DNA of 64,000 nucleotides, taken from Anaeromyxobacteraceae bacterium. GTDB lineage: Bacteria; Myxococcota; Myxococcia; Myxococcales; Anaeromyxobacteraceae. The stretch lies in NCBI GenBank assembly GCA_047602405.1, contig JASGHJ010000001.1:1632001-1696000 (forward strand). Direction: 5' to 3'. Shown here piece by piece: positions 1 to 11,878 of the stretch; positions within the stretch are counted from its first letter, which is position 1, and the number at the start of each line of letters is the position of its first letter. A model generated the notes under the pieces. It worked only from the letters and a program-made list of their open reading frames with translations, made no database searches and was not told the origin of the DNA. Both the position numbers and the translations under genes were made by a program.

Positions 1-968
1 CTCCGGGATGGTGCGGGGGTTCGTGACCTCGAGGACGAGGTGGCTCCCGTCGGCCCGGGCGCCGAGCGTCACCTCGTCGCCCTCGTCGCTCGCCTCGCAC
101 GCGTTCACGAGCATGTTCACGAGCACGTGCTGGACGAGGAGCGGATCGGTCGGGAGCGCCACCCGCGGCGCCGGGAGCACGCGCAGCTGCCGCCCGCGCG
201 CCGCGGGCGTGTGCGCCAGCACGGCGTGGGCCCGGTTCAGGAGCTCCTGCGCGCGGGTGACGACGCGCGAGGGCTGGTAGCCGGCGGGGTCGTCGGAGAC
301 GAGCGCCCGGTGCAGGCCGATCTCCTTGAGGAGCTGGGCCGAGAGCAGGCGTGCGTCGCTCACGACCTCCGCGTCGGGCGGCTGGCCCGGGGCGAGCTCG
401 GCCACCACGCCCGGAGCCCTTGCGCGAGGTTGGCGAGGTCGTGGGTGAAGGCGCGCTCCGCCTCGGCGTGCCGCTGCTCGCCCGTGACGTCGGTGAGCGC
501 GATGACGACGAACCGCGCGTCCTCGAGCTCGAGCGGGGCCGCGCGCACCTTGAGCATGCGGGCGCCGCCGCCGGCGAGCTTGAGCGCGCAGCTCCGCTCC
601 GTCTCGCCGTGGCGGCTCGCCGCGACGATGCCCGCGGCGAGGCCGCAGCTCGCGCACGGCACGCAGGTGCCGCAGCCGTCGGGGCCGGTGGCGGGGAACG
701 CGCACCCGAGCACCTCCCCCGGGCGCGCGCCGAGGACCGCCTCGGGCGCGCCGTCGCCCACGAGCGCGAGCCACGCGGGGTTGTACGCGACGATGACCCG
801 CTGCGCGTCCACCACCGCGGCGGCGCCGGCGGTGCTCCTCAGGAGCGCGGTGACGATGGGACTCCCGGTGACGCGGGCGATCTCCGCCCGGAGCGCCTCC
901 GGTGACGGCCGCCCGGCGGGCAGGTGATGCGTGGACTTCGACCTCCCGGCTCCGGGCCCGTCGGTCAT
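1..968 (-). CDS. Cys-rich PAS-like sensor histidine kinase (frameshift near 410; runs off window start)
   Basis: Cys-rich sensor ([20 protein letters not shown]) and H-box HDLANL. After a frame change near 410 it continues to the N-box [12 protein letters not shown]. Confidence 0.75.
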
Positions 969-1044
969 GGCGATCCCCCGGGCGCGAGGATGGTCGTTCC
1001 GCGCGCCCTTGGCAATCCTCACCCGTGCGAGCCCCCGGGCTCCG

Positions 1045-1656
1045 TCACCCGGGCGCGCCGGCCGTCCGGTGGAACACCAGCAGCCGGTCGCCCTCCTCCG
1101 GCATCGGGAGGTCGGCGGCGAGCGCGAGCCCGCGGCGGGCGGCGGCCCGGACGAGGGCGTCGCCGTCGCGCACGCCGAGCGCGGGGTCGTACGCGCGGAG
1201 CTTCCCGTCGATGCGCCGGAGGCGCTCGCCCATCGGCGCGCCGCCGCGGGTGAACGGACCGTGAACGGCGAGCGGCGCGCCTGCGGGCAGCACCCGGACG
1301 GCGCCGGCCCAGAGCGCCTCGGCGCACGCAGGGGGCGCGGCGTGCAGGACGTTGAGGCACAGGAGCGCGTCGGCGCTGCGGGCGGTCCAGGCGGGTGCGA
1401 GGAGGTCGAGGTCGAGGGGCGCGAGCAGGTTCGGGAGGCGCGCCTCGGCGGACCACGCGCGGATCGACGCGCGCGCCTCGGGATCGGGGTCGGAGGGCTG
1501 GAAGGTGAGGCCCGGGTAGGTCGCCGCGAGGTGCAACGCGTGCTCGCCGGTGCCGCTGCCGAGCTCGAGCACGAGCCCGGTCCGGGGGAGGTGGTCCCGG
1601 AGCGCGTCGGCGATGAACGCGCGGTTCGCGAGGGCGGCGGCGGCGGTGCGCTTCAC
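1045..1656 (-). CDS. DUF938-like SAM-dependent methyltransferase
   Basis: [15 protein letters not shown] motif, FQPSDPD, GPFTRGG and D..LR..DP..GVRD; GTG start at 1656. Confidence 0.8.
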   Translation of the reverse strand: MKRTAAAALANRAFIADALRDHLPRTGLVLELGSGTGEHALHLAATYPGLTFQPSDPDPEARASIRAWSAEARLPNLLAPLDLDLLAPAWTARSADALLCLNVLHAAPPACAEALWAGAVRVLPAGAPLAVHGPFTRGGAPMGERLRRIDGKLRAYDPALGVRDGDALVRAAARRGLALAADLPMPEEGDRLLVFHRTAGAPG

Positions 1657-1683
1657 GGTGGGAAGGGCTACGGTGAACGCACC

Positions 1684-2854
1684 ATGCCCTCCGCCGCCCG
1701 CCCCGTCCACCGCGCGCTGATCGGGGCCCTCGCGCTCGCGGCCTGCGCGGGGCCACGCGAGGCGGCGCCCGCCCGCCCGGCCGGCGCCGCGCCCGCCGCG
1801 CGCGGACCTTCGCGGCACCCGGCGGAGCGCGAGCCCGCGGAGCGCCAGACCTTCCCGGTGCTCGACCAGGGCCGGCTCTCGATCGAGATCCCGAAGGGGT
1901 GGACGGTGCGCGTGGCGGAGCTCGCGCCCGGCATGCCGCCGTCCATCCGGATCGATCCCCCGGGCGGCGGCGCGCTCTTCGTCGCGCCGCTCTACGACCC
2001 CGAGCAGGGCGACGGCGCCGCGACCGCGCGCCTCTTCACCGAGCTCGCCCGGCGCAAGGCCCTCGAGTCCGCGGACGGCGAGCCGGCGATCCAGCTCATC
2101 GAGGGGCCCGCCGGCGAGGAGCTCGGGAGCTGGTTCGTCGCGGCCGACCGGGACTACGCCACGCCGGGCCCCGGCGAGGAGCGCTGGCGCAACATGCTCC
2201 GCGGCGCGGTGCACCCCGGGCGCCTGCTCGTGTCGTTCACCTGGTTCGACGACGTGGCCGGCCCGCAGCGGGAGCAGGTGCTCGCGCTCGTGCGCGGCGC
2301 GCGCCACGAGGCCGCGGCCGCGGCGCAGGCGCCGGCCGCGCCGCCGGCCGGCGGCGAGGGGAAGTTCGAGCTCACGCCCGATCCCGGCGCGTCCACCGTG
2401 CCGCTCGCGGTGCAGGAGCCCGGCGGCGCGTTCACGGTGCTCGTCGACCTGCCCGGCTTCAAGCTCTACGCGCCGCGCGCCTCGCCGGACGGCGCCGGCA
2501 CGCTCGTGCTCGGCGAGGATCCCGGGAGCGGGATCGTGGCGTCGGTGACCATCGGGCCCGCCGACGGCGCCGCCGACGCGCGCGCGTGCCGCGACGCGAA
2601 GCTCGCGCGCCTCCGGAAGGCCGCGCCCGAATCTCGCCGAGGTCCGCACCGCGGAGGCCGCCGAGGCGGCGCGCCTCACCTACGCGCTCCGGGAGCTCCG
2701 CGGCCGCGAGGTCCGCCAGGAGCACGCGCACACCTTCCTCCTCCGCGCCGGGCGGTGCGTCGACGTGCACGCCTCGAAGGCGGACCCCGCGCCGGGGGAT
2801 GGCGCGACGCTCCAGAAGATCCTCGCGAGCGCCCGCTTCGCGACCACGCTCTAG
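1684..2854 (+). CDS. Hypothetical lipoprotein (frameshift near 2630)
   Basis: Signal peptide with lipobox LAAC. The reading frame changes near 2630 and ends at TAG 2852-2854. Confidence 0.6.
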
Positions 2855-2872
2855 GCGGTAGAGTGGCGGGCC

Positions 2873-4525
<1,653 letters not shown>

Positions 4526-4543
4526 GTTTCGCGGGGGGCTCGT

Positions 4544-4592
4544 CCCTCGACTCCGGGCCCGCTTGCGCGGGCCCTACGCTCGGGATGAGCGG
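4544..4592 (+). repeat. Palindromic REP-like repeat, copy 1
   Basis: CCCTCGACTCC-GGGCCCGC/TTGC/GCGGGCCC-TACGCTCGGGATGAGCGG; matches 8 other loci in the window. Confidence 0.85.
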
Positions 4593-4621
4593 GCTGTTCA
4601 TCCCGGCAGCGAGGTCCACTC

Positions 4622-5362
4622 ATGCTCGAGCACAGCGCGTCGTTCACGGTCCACACCTTCGAGGTCGACGCCTTCGGCGCGCTGGAGGTCCCGGCGCTCT
4701 CCGGCTTCCTCGGCGAGATCGCCGGGCGCCACGCCCAGGAGCTCGGCGTCGGCATGGAGGCGATGTTCTCCCGCGGCATCACCTGGGTGCTCGGGCGCCA
4801 GCGCATCGAGGTGCCGGCGGAGGTGCGGCTCGGCGACGTGCTCGAGGTCGTCACCTGGCCGGCCGGCATCGAGAAGCTCGTCGCCATGCGGCACTTCCGG
4901 GTGCTGCGCGGGCAAGAGGTCGTCGCGCAGGCGACCTCGCACTGGCTCGTGCTCGACCTCGCGACCCGCCGGCCCCGGCCGCCCGCCGAGGTGGTCGACC
5001 CGCGGCTCCCGCGCGAGGTGCTCCCCCCGGTCGTGCCGCCGCCCTCGAAGCTCCCCGCCCTCGAGGCCTGGGACGAGGATCGCCGGTTCACGGTGCGTTA
5101 CTCGGACATCGACATGAACCTCCACGTCACGAACACGAGCTACGTGGCGTGGGCGGTCGAGGCGGTGCCGAAGGACGTCTGGAAGGCGCGCCGCCTCGCC
5201 TCGGTGGACGTCTCGTTCCTCGCCGAGTGCCACCACGGCGCGGCGATCCGCTCGCGCGTGAAGCAGACCGGCGAGGGCACCTTCGCCCACGCCATCGTGC
5301 GGGAGGAGGACGGCAAGGAGCTCGCCCGCCTCGCGACCGGCTGGGTGCCGCGGAGCGCCTGA
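4622..5362 (+). CDS. Acyl-ACP/acyl-CoA thioesterase (double hotdog, FatA/B-like)
   Basis: VRYSDIDMNLHVTNTSY catalytic motif; N-terminal FEVDAFG and WVL motifs. Confidence 0.88.
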   Translation: MLEHSASFTVHTFEVDAFGALEVPALSGFLGEIAGRHAQELGVGMEAMFSRGITWVLGRQRIEVPAEVRLGDVLEVVTWPAGIEKLVAMRHFRVLRGQEVVAQATSHWLVLDLATRRPRPPAEVVDPRLPREVLPPVVPPPSKLPALEAWDEDRRFTVRYSDIDMNLHVTNTSYVAWAVEAVPKDVWKARRLASVDVSFLAECHHGAAIRSRVKQTGEGTFAHAIVREEDGKELARLATGWVPRSA

Positions 5363-5375
5363 CGCGGGGGGTCCG

Positions 5376-5969
5376 GTGATGGCCGAGATGCGCGCCGCGC
5401 AGCTGCAGGAGGACCTCGTCGCGCTCGCCGCGCTGGGCGACGAGGTCGCCCGGCGGGTGCTCGCGGATCTCCCGCCCGAGGTGGTGGCGCGCATCCGGGA
5501 GGCGACGCGGGTCGACTGGCTCTCCATCCGCGAGGTCCACGAGCCGTTTCTCCACGCCGTCCGCAGGCACGCCGGGGACGAGGGGCTGCGGACCTTCGCG
5601 CGCGTCGCCGCGCTCCGCTCCGCGACCTCGAGGTTCGTCGGGCCCATCATCGAGCCGCTGGTGCGCGTGTTCGGCCTGGGGCCGGAGGTCATGCTGCGCG
5701 TTCCGCCCACCGCCTACCGCGCCACCTTCCGGGGCATGGGCGAGCTCGTCCGGCTCTCCGCGGCGCCGAACCTGGTGCGGTTCGCGCTGCGCGGCCTGCC
5801 CTCGGACATCGACCGCGAGCCGATGTACCTGGTCGTGGCGGGCGCCCTCGAGGGCGCGGTGGCCCACGCGAAGGTGGCGGGGCGGGCGGAGATCCTCGCC
5901 GGCGAGGGCGGCGCGGACGCGGTGTTCGAGGTGCGCTGGCCGTCGCCCCGGCCGTCCCGCGATCGGTGA
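5376..5969 (+). CDS. Myxobacterial hypothetical protein (loosely DUF2378/4VR-like)
   Basis: Host-like codon usage; LPPEVVARI...DWL at the N-terminus and FEVRW at the C-terminus. Confidence 0.55.
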   Translation: MMAEMRAAQLQEDLVALAALGDEVARRVLADLPPEVVARIREATRVDWLSIREVHEPFLHAVRRHAGDEGLRTFARVAALRSATSRFVGPIIEPLVRVFGLGPEVMLRVPPTAYRATFRGMGELVRLSAAPNLVRFALRGLPSDIDREPMYLVVAGALEGAVAHAKVAGRAEILAGEGGADAVFEVRWPSPRPSRDR

Positions 5970-5975
5970 ACGGGT

Positions 5976-6338
5976 TCAGCCGTCGAGCCAGCTGTTCCCG
6001 GCGCTGATGCAGGACGACTTCACGACCTGGACCTCGCTGGCGCCCAGCCCGTAGTACGCGTAGATGACCTGCAGCGAACCCGCGGCGGCCACGCAGCGGC
6101 CCGAGCGCCCGGCGTCGGGACAGGACGCCGTCGAGAACGTCCCGCCGGTCGAGGCGCAGCTCGTCTGGAGCTGCTGCAGCTGGAACTGATCGATCCCGCG
6201 GTGCTCGTGGCAAATGGCCGGCGACTCGATGCACGAGCCGGCCAGCCCGCCGCCGCCCGCCGGGTCACCGTCGCTGGAGCCGCCGCCGCACGCCGAGAGG
6301 GCGAGGCCGAGCCCCGCCGCGATCCAGAGCCGCGTCAT
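5976..6338 (-). CDS. Small Cys-rich lipoprotein
   Basis: Lipobox LSAC-GGG, six further Cys, C...GG.F and C...G..W repeats. Confidence 0.7.
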   Translation of the reverse strand: MTRLWIAAGLGLALSACGGGSSDGDPAGGGGLAGSCIESPAICHEHRGIDQFQLQQLQTSCASTGGTFSTASCPDAGRSGRCVAAAGSLQVIYAYYGLGASEVQVVKSSCISAGNSWLDG

Positions 6339-6559
6339 GCGTTCACCCTCCGTACGGAGAGCCTTCCACGCGCCGGCCGGTCCTGCAACGGCGGGGATGA
6401 CGCACCCTGGGCGGCGCGCCCGGCCCGCGGTGATACGTCGCGGACTGCCTGCGCACCGCGGGTGTGGCGGGTGGCACGCCCCGGAAGTTACACCACCGGT
6501 GGAGCGCATGACGGATTCCGGGTTCACCAGAAGGTGAGGGGCGCGCGGCGAACGCCGCC

Positions 6560-7096
6560 CTACCGCCCGAACATCCACGTCACGACGACCACCGCCGCCG
6601 CGAAGCCGGCGAGGTCGGCGAGCAGCGCCGCGGGGAGCGCCTGGCGGTACCGCGAGACGCCGACGGCGCCGAGGTAGACCGCGAGCACGTAGAAGGTCGT
6701 CTCGGTCGAGCCCGCCATGACCGACGCGAGCCGGCCGGCATAGGAGTCCGGACCGTCGGAGCGCAGCACGTCGGCGACGACGCCGTTCGCGGCGCTGCCG
6801 GACAGCGGCCGCACGAGCACGAGCGGGAGCACGCTCGCCGGGATGCCGAGGCGGTCCGTGAGCGGCGCGACGAGGGCCGCGAAGGCGTCCATCGCGCCGG
6901 AGGCGCGCAGCATGCCGAGCGCGACGAAGACCGCGACGAGCGGCGGGATGATCCGGAGCGCGGTCTCGAAGCCGCCCTTCGCGCCCTCGAGGAACGCCGG
7001 GTAGACCTTCACCCTGCGGAACGTGGCGAGGAGCGGGATGCCCGCGAGGAGGAGCGGGATCGCCCAGGTCGAGACGGCGTCGACGGCCTCGCGCAT
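6560..7096 (-). CDS. spmB: SpmB-family (nucleoside recognition gate) membrane protein
   Basis: F.EGAK.GF, RPLSGS, GSTETTFYVLAVYLGAVG. Confidence 0.88.
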   Translation of the reverse strand: MREAVDAVSTWAIPLLLAGIPLLATFRRVKVYPAFLEGAKGGFETALRIIPPLVAVFVALGMLRASGAMDAFAALVAPLTDRLGIPASVLPLVLVRPLSGSAANGVVADVLRSDGPDSYAGRLASVMAGSTETTFYVLAVYLGAVGVSRYRQALPAALLADLAGFAAAVVVVTWMFGR

Positions 7097-7097
7097 C

Positions 7098-7700
7098 TCA
7101 GGGACCCCCGGCGGGAGCGGCGGGCGGCGGGAAGAGCGGCGCGAGGAGGCGGGAGGCGACGGCCGCGACGACGACGCCGCAGGCCGAGGCGACGAGCGTC
7201 GGCCCGAGGATCTCGGCGGGCGCGTGCGAGCCGGCCGCGGTGCGCAGCGCGATGACGGTCGCGGGCACGAGCTGGATGGAGGCGGTGTTGAGCGCGACGA
7301 GCGTCGCCTGCGCGTCGGTCGCCGTGCCCCGGTGCGGGTTCAAGGACTCGAGCTCGGCCATCGCCTTCATGCCGAACGGCGTCGCGGCGTTGGCGAGCCC
7401 GAGCAGGTTCGCGCCGAGGTTCATGACGATGGCGCCCATGGCCGGGTGGTCGGCGGGCACGGAGGGGAAGAGGAAGCGCAGGAGCGGCCGGAAGGCGCGC
7501 GCGATCGCGCGGACGACGCCGGCCTCCTCGGCGACCTTCATGAGCCCGAGCCACAGCGCGAGGACGCCCGCGAGCCCGATCGAGAAGGTGACCGCCCTCC
7601 CGGCCGACTCGACGGCGGCGGCGGTGAGCGCGGCCATGCGACCGTTCCACGCGGCGAACGCGACCGCGATCGTGACGAGCGCCGTGAAGAGCAGGCCCAC
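7098..7700 (-). CDS. spmA: SpmA-family membrane protein
   Basis: LWLGLMKVAE, ANLLGLANAATPFGMKAM, NTASIQLVP; adjacent to spmB. Confidence 0.88.
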   Translation of the reverse strand: MGLLFTALVTIAVAFAAWNGRMAALTAAAVESAGRAVTFSIGLAGVLALWLGLMKVAEEAGVVRAIARAFRPLLRFLFPSVPADHPAMGAIVMNLGANLLGLANAATPFGMKAMAELESLNPHRGTATDAQATLVALNTASIQLVPATVIALRTAAGSHAPAEILGPTLVASACGVVVAAVASRLLAPLFPPPAAPAGGP

Positions 7701-7754
7701 GGCGGGATGGTCGCACGACGGGTGCCGAGGTCCATTTCTTGATAGAACCCGGGC

Positions 7755-9308
7755 GTGAACCGCCCCTCGCGCGCCGCCGCACTCCTGGTCTCCCTCGCCG
7801 CGCTGCTCTCCGCCTGCCCCGAGCGGCGCGAGGCGCTGCAGCCGCCCGCGAAGAAGCCACCGCAGGCGGCGCTCGCGCCCGCGCCGCAGGGCGGCCCCGA
7901 CGTGCTCTCGGTGCAGCGGCCGGACGGGCCGGAGTGGTTCGGGCTGTACCTCCTCGGCAAGAAGGCCGGCTGGACGAAGCTCTCGTTCGCCCGCGAGATG
8001 CGCCGCGGCCAGGCCGTGCTCGTGGGCCGGAGCGAGACCGTGCTCTCCGCGACCGTGGGCACGAACACCGTCGAGCGGAAGGTCGTCGAGGAGCGCGTCT
8101 ACGAGGCGCGCCCGGCCGGCCCGCTGCTCGAGTTCTCCGGCGAGTGGTCGGGCGACGGCGGCGAGCGGAAGGTGTCCGGCAGCTGCGCCGCCGCGATCTG
8201 CCAGCTCACCGAGAGCACCGCGAGCGGCACCCACCGGAAGACCATCGAGGGCGTCGCCGAGACCGCCGACCAGGCCGACGCGGTCCGGCTCGCCTCCGCG
8301 CGTCGGGCGACCCAGCGCGGGCGGCAGCTCGACCTCGAGAAGCTGCGCGTGAAGGACGTGGAGACCGCCTTCCTCCGGCGGGACCGCATGGCCGGCGGCG
8401 GCGTGGAGACCCCGGTCTCGGTGGTCGCCGAGGCCGAGGTGGGCGACCGGATGGCGGTCGAGTACCGCGTCGCCGACGACGGCCGGCTGCTCGAGATGCG
8501 CCTCGGCGAGGCGCTCGTCGCGCGGCCCGAGGCGGAGGACGTCGCGAAGAAGCTCGACGAGCTGGATCTCTTCGAGCTCGCCCGCGTGCAGGTGCCGTCG
8601 CCGCTCCCGCGCGACGTGCCCGCCACCGTGAAGTACCGGCTCTCCGGCCTCCCGGCCTCGTTCCAGGTGGCCGACGCCCGGCAGCGGTACGAGCGGGCCC
8701 CGGGCGGCGGTGACCCCGTCCCCGACGCGGTGCTCACCGTCACCGCGAAGGTCCCGGCCGCGGCCGACCCCTCGAAGGACACGCCGCTCGCGCGCGCGAG
8801 GGCGGGCGTCGACCCGGACGAGCTCGCCTCGGGGCCGCAGGCCGACTCCGAGGATCCCGGCATCCAGGCGCTCGCGCGCCAGGTCGTGGGCGACACGAAG
8901 GGCACCTACGCCGCGGCGCTCAAGCTCTCCGACCACGTGTTCCACCGCCTCGAGAAGGCCTACGGCGCGAGCCACGACCGCGCGAGCGACGTGCTCCGCG
9001 CGGGGAAGGGCGACTGCACCGAGCACTCGGTGCTGCTCGTCGCGCTCGCCCGCGCCGCCGGCATCCCGGCCCGCGGCGTCCACGGCCTCGTCTACGCGCG
9101 CTACGACGACAAGGTCGACGCGCTCTACTGGCATGCCTGGGTCGAGGTGCGGAGCGCCGGCGAGTGGATCGCCGTCGATCCGACCTTTGGCCAGGCGGTC
9201 GCCGACGCCACCCACGTCGCGCTCGGCCGCGGCACGCAGGTCGACGCGGTGGGCCTCCTCGGCGCCCTGAAGGTGAAGTCCGTCGAGGTGAGCGTGGGGA
9301 AGAAGTGA
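7755..9308 (+). CDS. Transglutaminase-like domain lipoprotein
   Basis: Lipobox LSAC; catalytic-triad motifs GDCTEHS, HAWVEV and W..VDPT. Confidence 0.88.
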   Translation: MNRPSRAAALLVSLAALLSACPERREALQPPAKKPPQAALAPAPQGGPDVLSVQRPDGPEWFGLYLLGKKAGWTKLSFAREMRRGQAVLVGRSETVLSATVGTNTVERKVVEERVYEARPAGPLLEFSGEWSGDGGERKVSGSCAAAICQLTESTASGTHRKTIEGVAETADQADAVRLASARRATQRGRQLDLEKLRVKDVETAFLRRDRMAGGGVETPVSVVAEAEVGDRMAVEYRVADDGRLLEMRLGEALVARPEAEDVAKKLDELDLFELARVQVPSPLPRDVPATVKYRLSGLPASFQVADARQRYERAPGGGDPVPDAVLTVTAKVPAAADPSKDTPLARARAGVDPDELASGPQADSEDPGIQALARQVVGDTKGTYAAALKLSDHVFHRLEKAYGASHDRASDVLRAGKGDCTEHSVLLVALARAAGIPARGVHGLVYARYDDKVDALYWHAWVEVRSAGEWIAVDPTFGQAVADATHVALGRGTQVDAVGLLGALKVKSVEVSVGKK

Positions 9309-9382
9309 GGCCCACGCCGTCGACGAGCAGTGAACCCGTCACAGCGCCGGCGCGCAGCCGGCGTGAGCAAGGAGAAGAACCC

Positions 9383-9790
9383 GTGAGAGGTCTCGACCAC
9401 GTCGCCATCCTCGTCAGCGATCTCGACGCCGCGGTGAAGCTCTACCGCGACGTGTACGGCCTCGAGCTCGCCGAGATCGAGGAGGTCCCCACCGAGAAGG
9501 TGCGGGTCGCCATCTTCGGCCACGGCACCGGCCGCATCGAGCTCGTCTCGCCCTCCGGTCCGGACAGCCCGATGGCGAAGGCGCTCGAGAAGCGGGGCGA
9601 GGGGCTGCACCACGTGTGCGTCGAGGTCCCCGACATCGAGAAGGCGATGGCGGCGCTGAAGGAGCAGGGCGCGCCGCTCCTCGACGAGAAGCCGCGCCCG
9701 GGCGCGGGCGGCGCGCGGGTCGCCTTCGTGCACCCGAAGGGCAGCCGCGGGGTGCTGGTGGAGCTGCGCCAGGGCCCGCCGCGGAAGTGA
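9383..9790 (+). CDS. mce: Methylmalonyl-CoA epimerase (VOC family)
   Basis: LDHVAILV, IELVSP, GEGLHHVC, AFVHPK..GVLVEL; SD AGGAG upstream of the GTG. Confidence 0.85.
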   Translation: MRGLDHVAILVSDLDAAVKLYRDVYGLELAEIEEVPTEKVRVAIFGHGTGRIELVSPSGPDSPMAKALEKRGEGLHHVCVEVPDIEKAMAALKEQGAPLLDEKPRPGAGGARVAFVHPKGSRGVLVELRQGPPRK

Positions 9791-9901
9791 TCGAACGCGC
9801 GCGGCGGCGAGGCATTCCCGGGGCGAGGGACGGCTTGACCGGCCCCCGGCTTCGTGTTTTGGAGAGCGGTCCACGTCCCACCGTCCGATCGGGGAACGCT
9901 C

Positions 9902-11845
9902 ATGATCCGCCTCGCCGCCGCCCTCGCGGCCTCCCTCCTCCTCGCGCCCGCCGCGCTCGCCCAGGCGAAGCCGGACGCCAAGCCCGAGGCGACGAAGCCC
10001 GACGCGGCGAAGCCGGACAAGCCGGCCGCGCCGCTCGACCTCGACGCGAAGACGCAGGAGGCGATCCGGCGCGCGGTCGAGAAGGCCAAGGAGGAGATCC
10101 GCGACGAGGTCCGCGCCGAGCTCCAGGGCGCGCAGTCCGCGGCCGAGTTCCTCGGCACCGCCGCCGAGGGCCCGAAGCTCGAGTTCTTCGAGCTCGACGG
10201 CTACTTCCGCACCCGCGGCCAGCTCTACGACCAGCTCGGCCTGGGCGTGAACTCCGACGCCGCCGGCTTCCCGTTCTTCCCGAAGCCGCTCTTCAGCCCC
10301 GACCGTCGCTCCACCAACGCGACGACGAACATGCGGCTCCGCCTCGAGCCGACCCTCAACGTCTCGGACAACGTGCGGGTGAAGGCGCAGATCGACGTGC
10401 TCGACAACTACGTCCTCGGCTCGTCGGCGAACCTCACGATGGACTCGAGCTGGAACCCGTACTTCGCCTCCGGGTTCTACGGCTCGTCCCGCGTCGCCTA
10501 CGACGGCGACAACCGCAACGACCGCCCGGCGATCACGCCGAAGCGCGCGTGGGCGGAGGCGCAGACCCCGGCCGGCCTCCTCTCCTTCGGCCGCATGCCG
10601 TCCGCCTGGGGCCTCGGCATCCTCACGAACGCGGGCACCGGCCTGGACCAGGACTACGGCGACACCGTCGACCGGATCCAGTTCGCGCTGCCGCCGGTGG
10701 CGACGCCCATCGGCCAGCTCACCTTCATCCCCATGCTCGACTTCGACTCGGAGGGCGCGCTGCAGCTCGACCGCGCCTGGGGCAGCGGCGTGGGCCAGCC
10801 CTTCGACGTCGACTCCGCGGACGACGCGCGCACCTACGCGATCAAGGCGGTGCGGATCGACACCGAGGACGAGCTCCGTCGCAAGCTCGATCGCGGGGAG
10901 TCCTCCTTCAACTTCGGCGCGTACTACAACTACCGCACCCAGCGGAACGTCTTCCCCGACTGGCTGGTGAGCGGCTACAACGCGAACCTCGTCGCGGGCA
11001 TCGGGAACGAGGGCGCCGAGACCTTCGCGAACCGCCGGGCCTACGGCCACGTCATCGACGGCTGGGCGCGCTGGGTCAGCCCGCGCTGGCGCCTCGAGTT
11101 CGAGGGCGTCGGCGCGCTCGGCCACATCGGCAACGCCTTCGTGGTCGCGAACGCCAACATCGGGACCGTCGCCGACCCCGCCATCAAGAGCATGGGCTCG
11201 GTGCTGGTGCGGCAGTGGGGCGCCGTGCTGCAGACCGAGTTCAAGGCCATCCCGAACAAGGTCAGCCTCGGGCTCGAGATCGGCCTCGCCTCGGGCGACA
11301 ACGCGCCGGGCATGGGCAACTCGACCCGCGGCGCGACCTACGACGCCACCTCCGACTCCTTCACCTACCAGCCGTACGGCTCGCTCGAGGGCCCGCAGTT
11401 CGGCGACTTCGCGGCGCTCTCCGGCGCGGGCGGCATCCACCACGACCGGGACATCCGGAACTTCCGCTTCAACCCGGCCTACCGGATCGACGAGGTGCTC
11501 TTCCGCACCATCCTCGGCGGCATCACCGACACGCTCTACGTCCGCCCGAGCCTGCGCTGGGACATGTTCCCGGGCCTCGCCTTGGACACGGCGATCATCT
11601 ACTCGCAGGCGATGTACGGCGAGTCGACCCCGAGCGCCGCGCAGCAGGGCGACGTGAACACCCAGGTCGTCTACGACCACGGCAACAAGGCGCTCGGCCT
11701 CGAGCTCGACACGAAGCTCACGTACACCGGCGTGGACGGCTTCGCGGGCTGGTTCTCGTACGGCCTGCTCCAGCCGCTCGGCGCCTTCGGCACCGGGCTC
11801 TCCCGCGGCCACGCCCTGCAGTTCGGCTTCGCGGCGAAGTTCTGA
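9902..11845 (+). CDS. Myxobacterial outer-membrane beta-barrel (TIGR04551-like)
   Basis: Signal peptide, LDGYFRTR, NMRLRLEP, GRMPSAWGLGILTN, C-terminal Phe. Confidence 0.75.
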   Translation: MIRLAAALAASLLLAPAALAQAKPDAKPEATKPDAAKPDKPAAPLDLDAKTQEAIRRAVEKAKEEIRDEVRAELQGAQSAAEFLGTAAEGPKLEFFELDGYFRTRGQLYDQLGLGVNSDAAGFPFFPKPLFSPDRRSTNATTNMRLRLEPTLNVSDNVRVKAQIDVLDNYVLGSSANLTMDSSWNPYFASGFYGSSRVAYDGDNRNDRPAITPKRAWAEAQTPAGLLSFGRMPSAWGLGILTNAGTGLDQDYGDTVDRIQFALPPVATPIGQLTFIPMLDFDSEGALQLDRAWGSGVGQPFDVDSADDARTYAIKAVRIDTEDELRRKLDRGESSFNFGAYYNYRTQRNVFPDWLVSGYNANLVAGIGNEGAETFANRRAYGHVIDGWARWVSPRWRLEFEGVGALGHIGNAFVVANANIGTVADPAIKSMGSVLVRQWGAVLQTEFKAIPNKVSLGLEIGLASGDNAPGMGNSTRGATYDATSDSFTYQPYGSLEGPQFGDFAALSGAGGIHHDRDIRNFRFNPAYRIDEVLFRTILGGITDTLYVRPSLRWDMFPGLALDTAIIYSQAMYGESTPSAAQQGDVNTQVVYDHGNKALGLELDTKLTYTGVDGFAGWFSYGLLQPLGAFGTGLSRGHALQFGFAAKF

Positions 11846-11878
11846 TCCGATCGGATCCTTGATAACGTCGCGCTCCTC

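Noticed and set aside
6340..6555. Intergenic region as a riboswitch or sigma-54 promoter
   Set aside because: The TGGCAC has no correctly spaced TTGC and faces away from the adjacent gene; no recognisable aptamer.
6560..7700. spmA/spmB as evidence of endospore formation
   Set aside because: The family is widespread in non-sporulating bacteria as membrane proteins.
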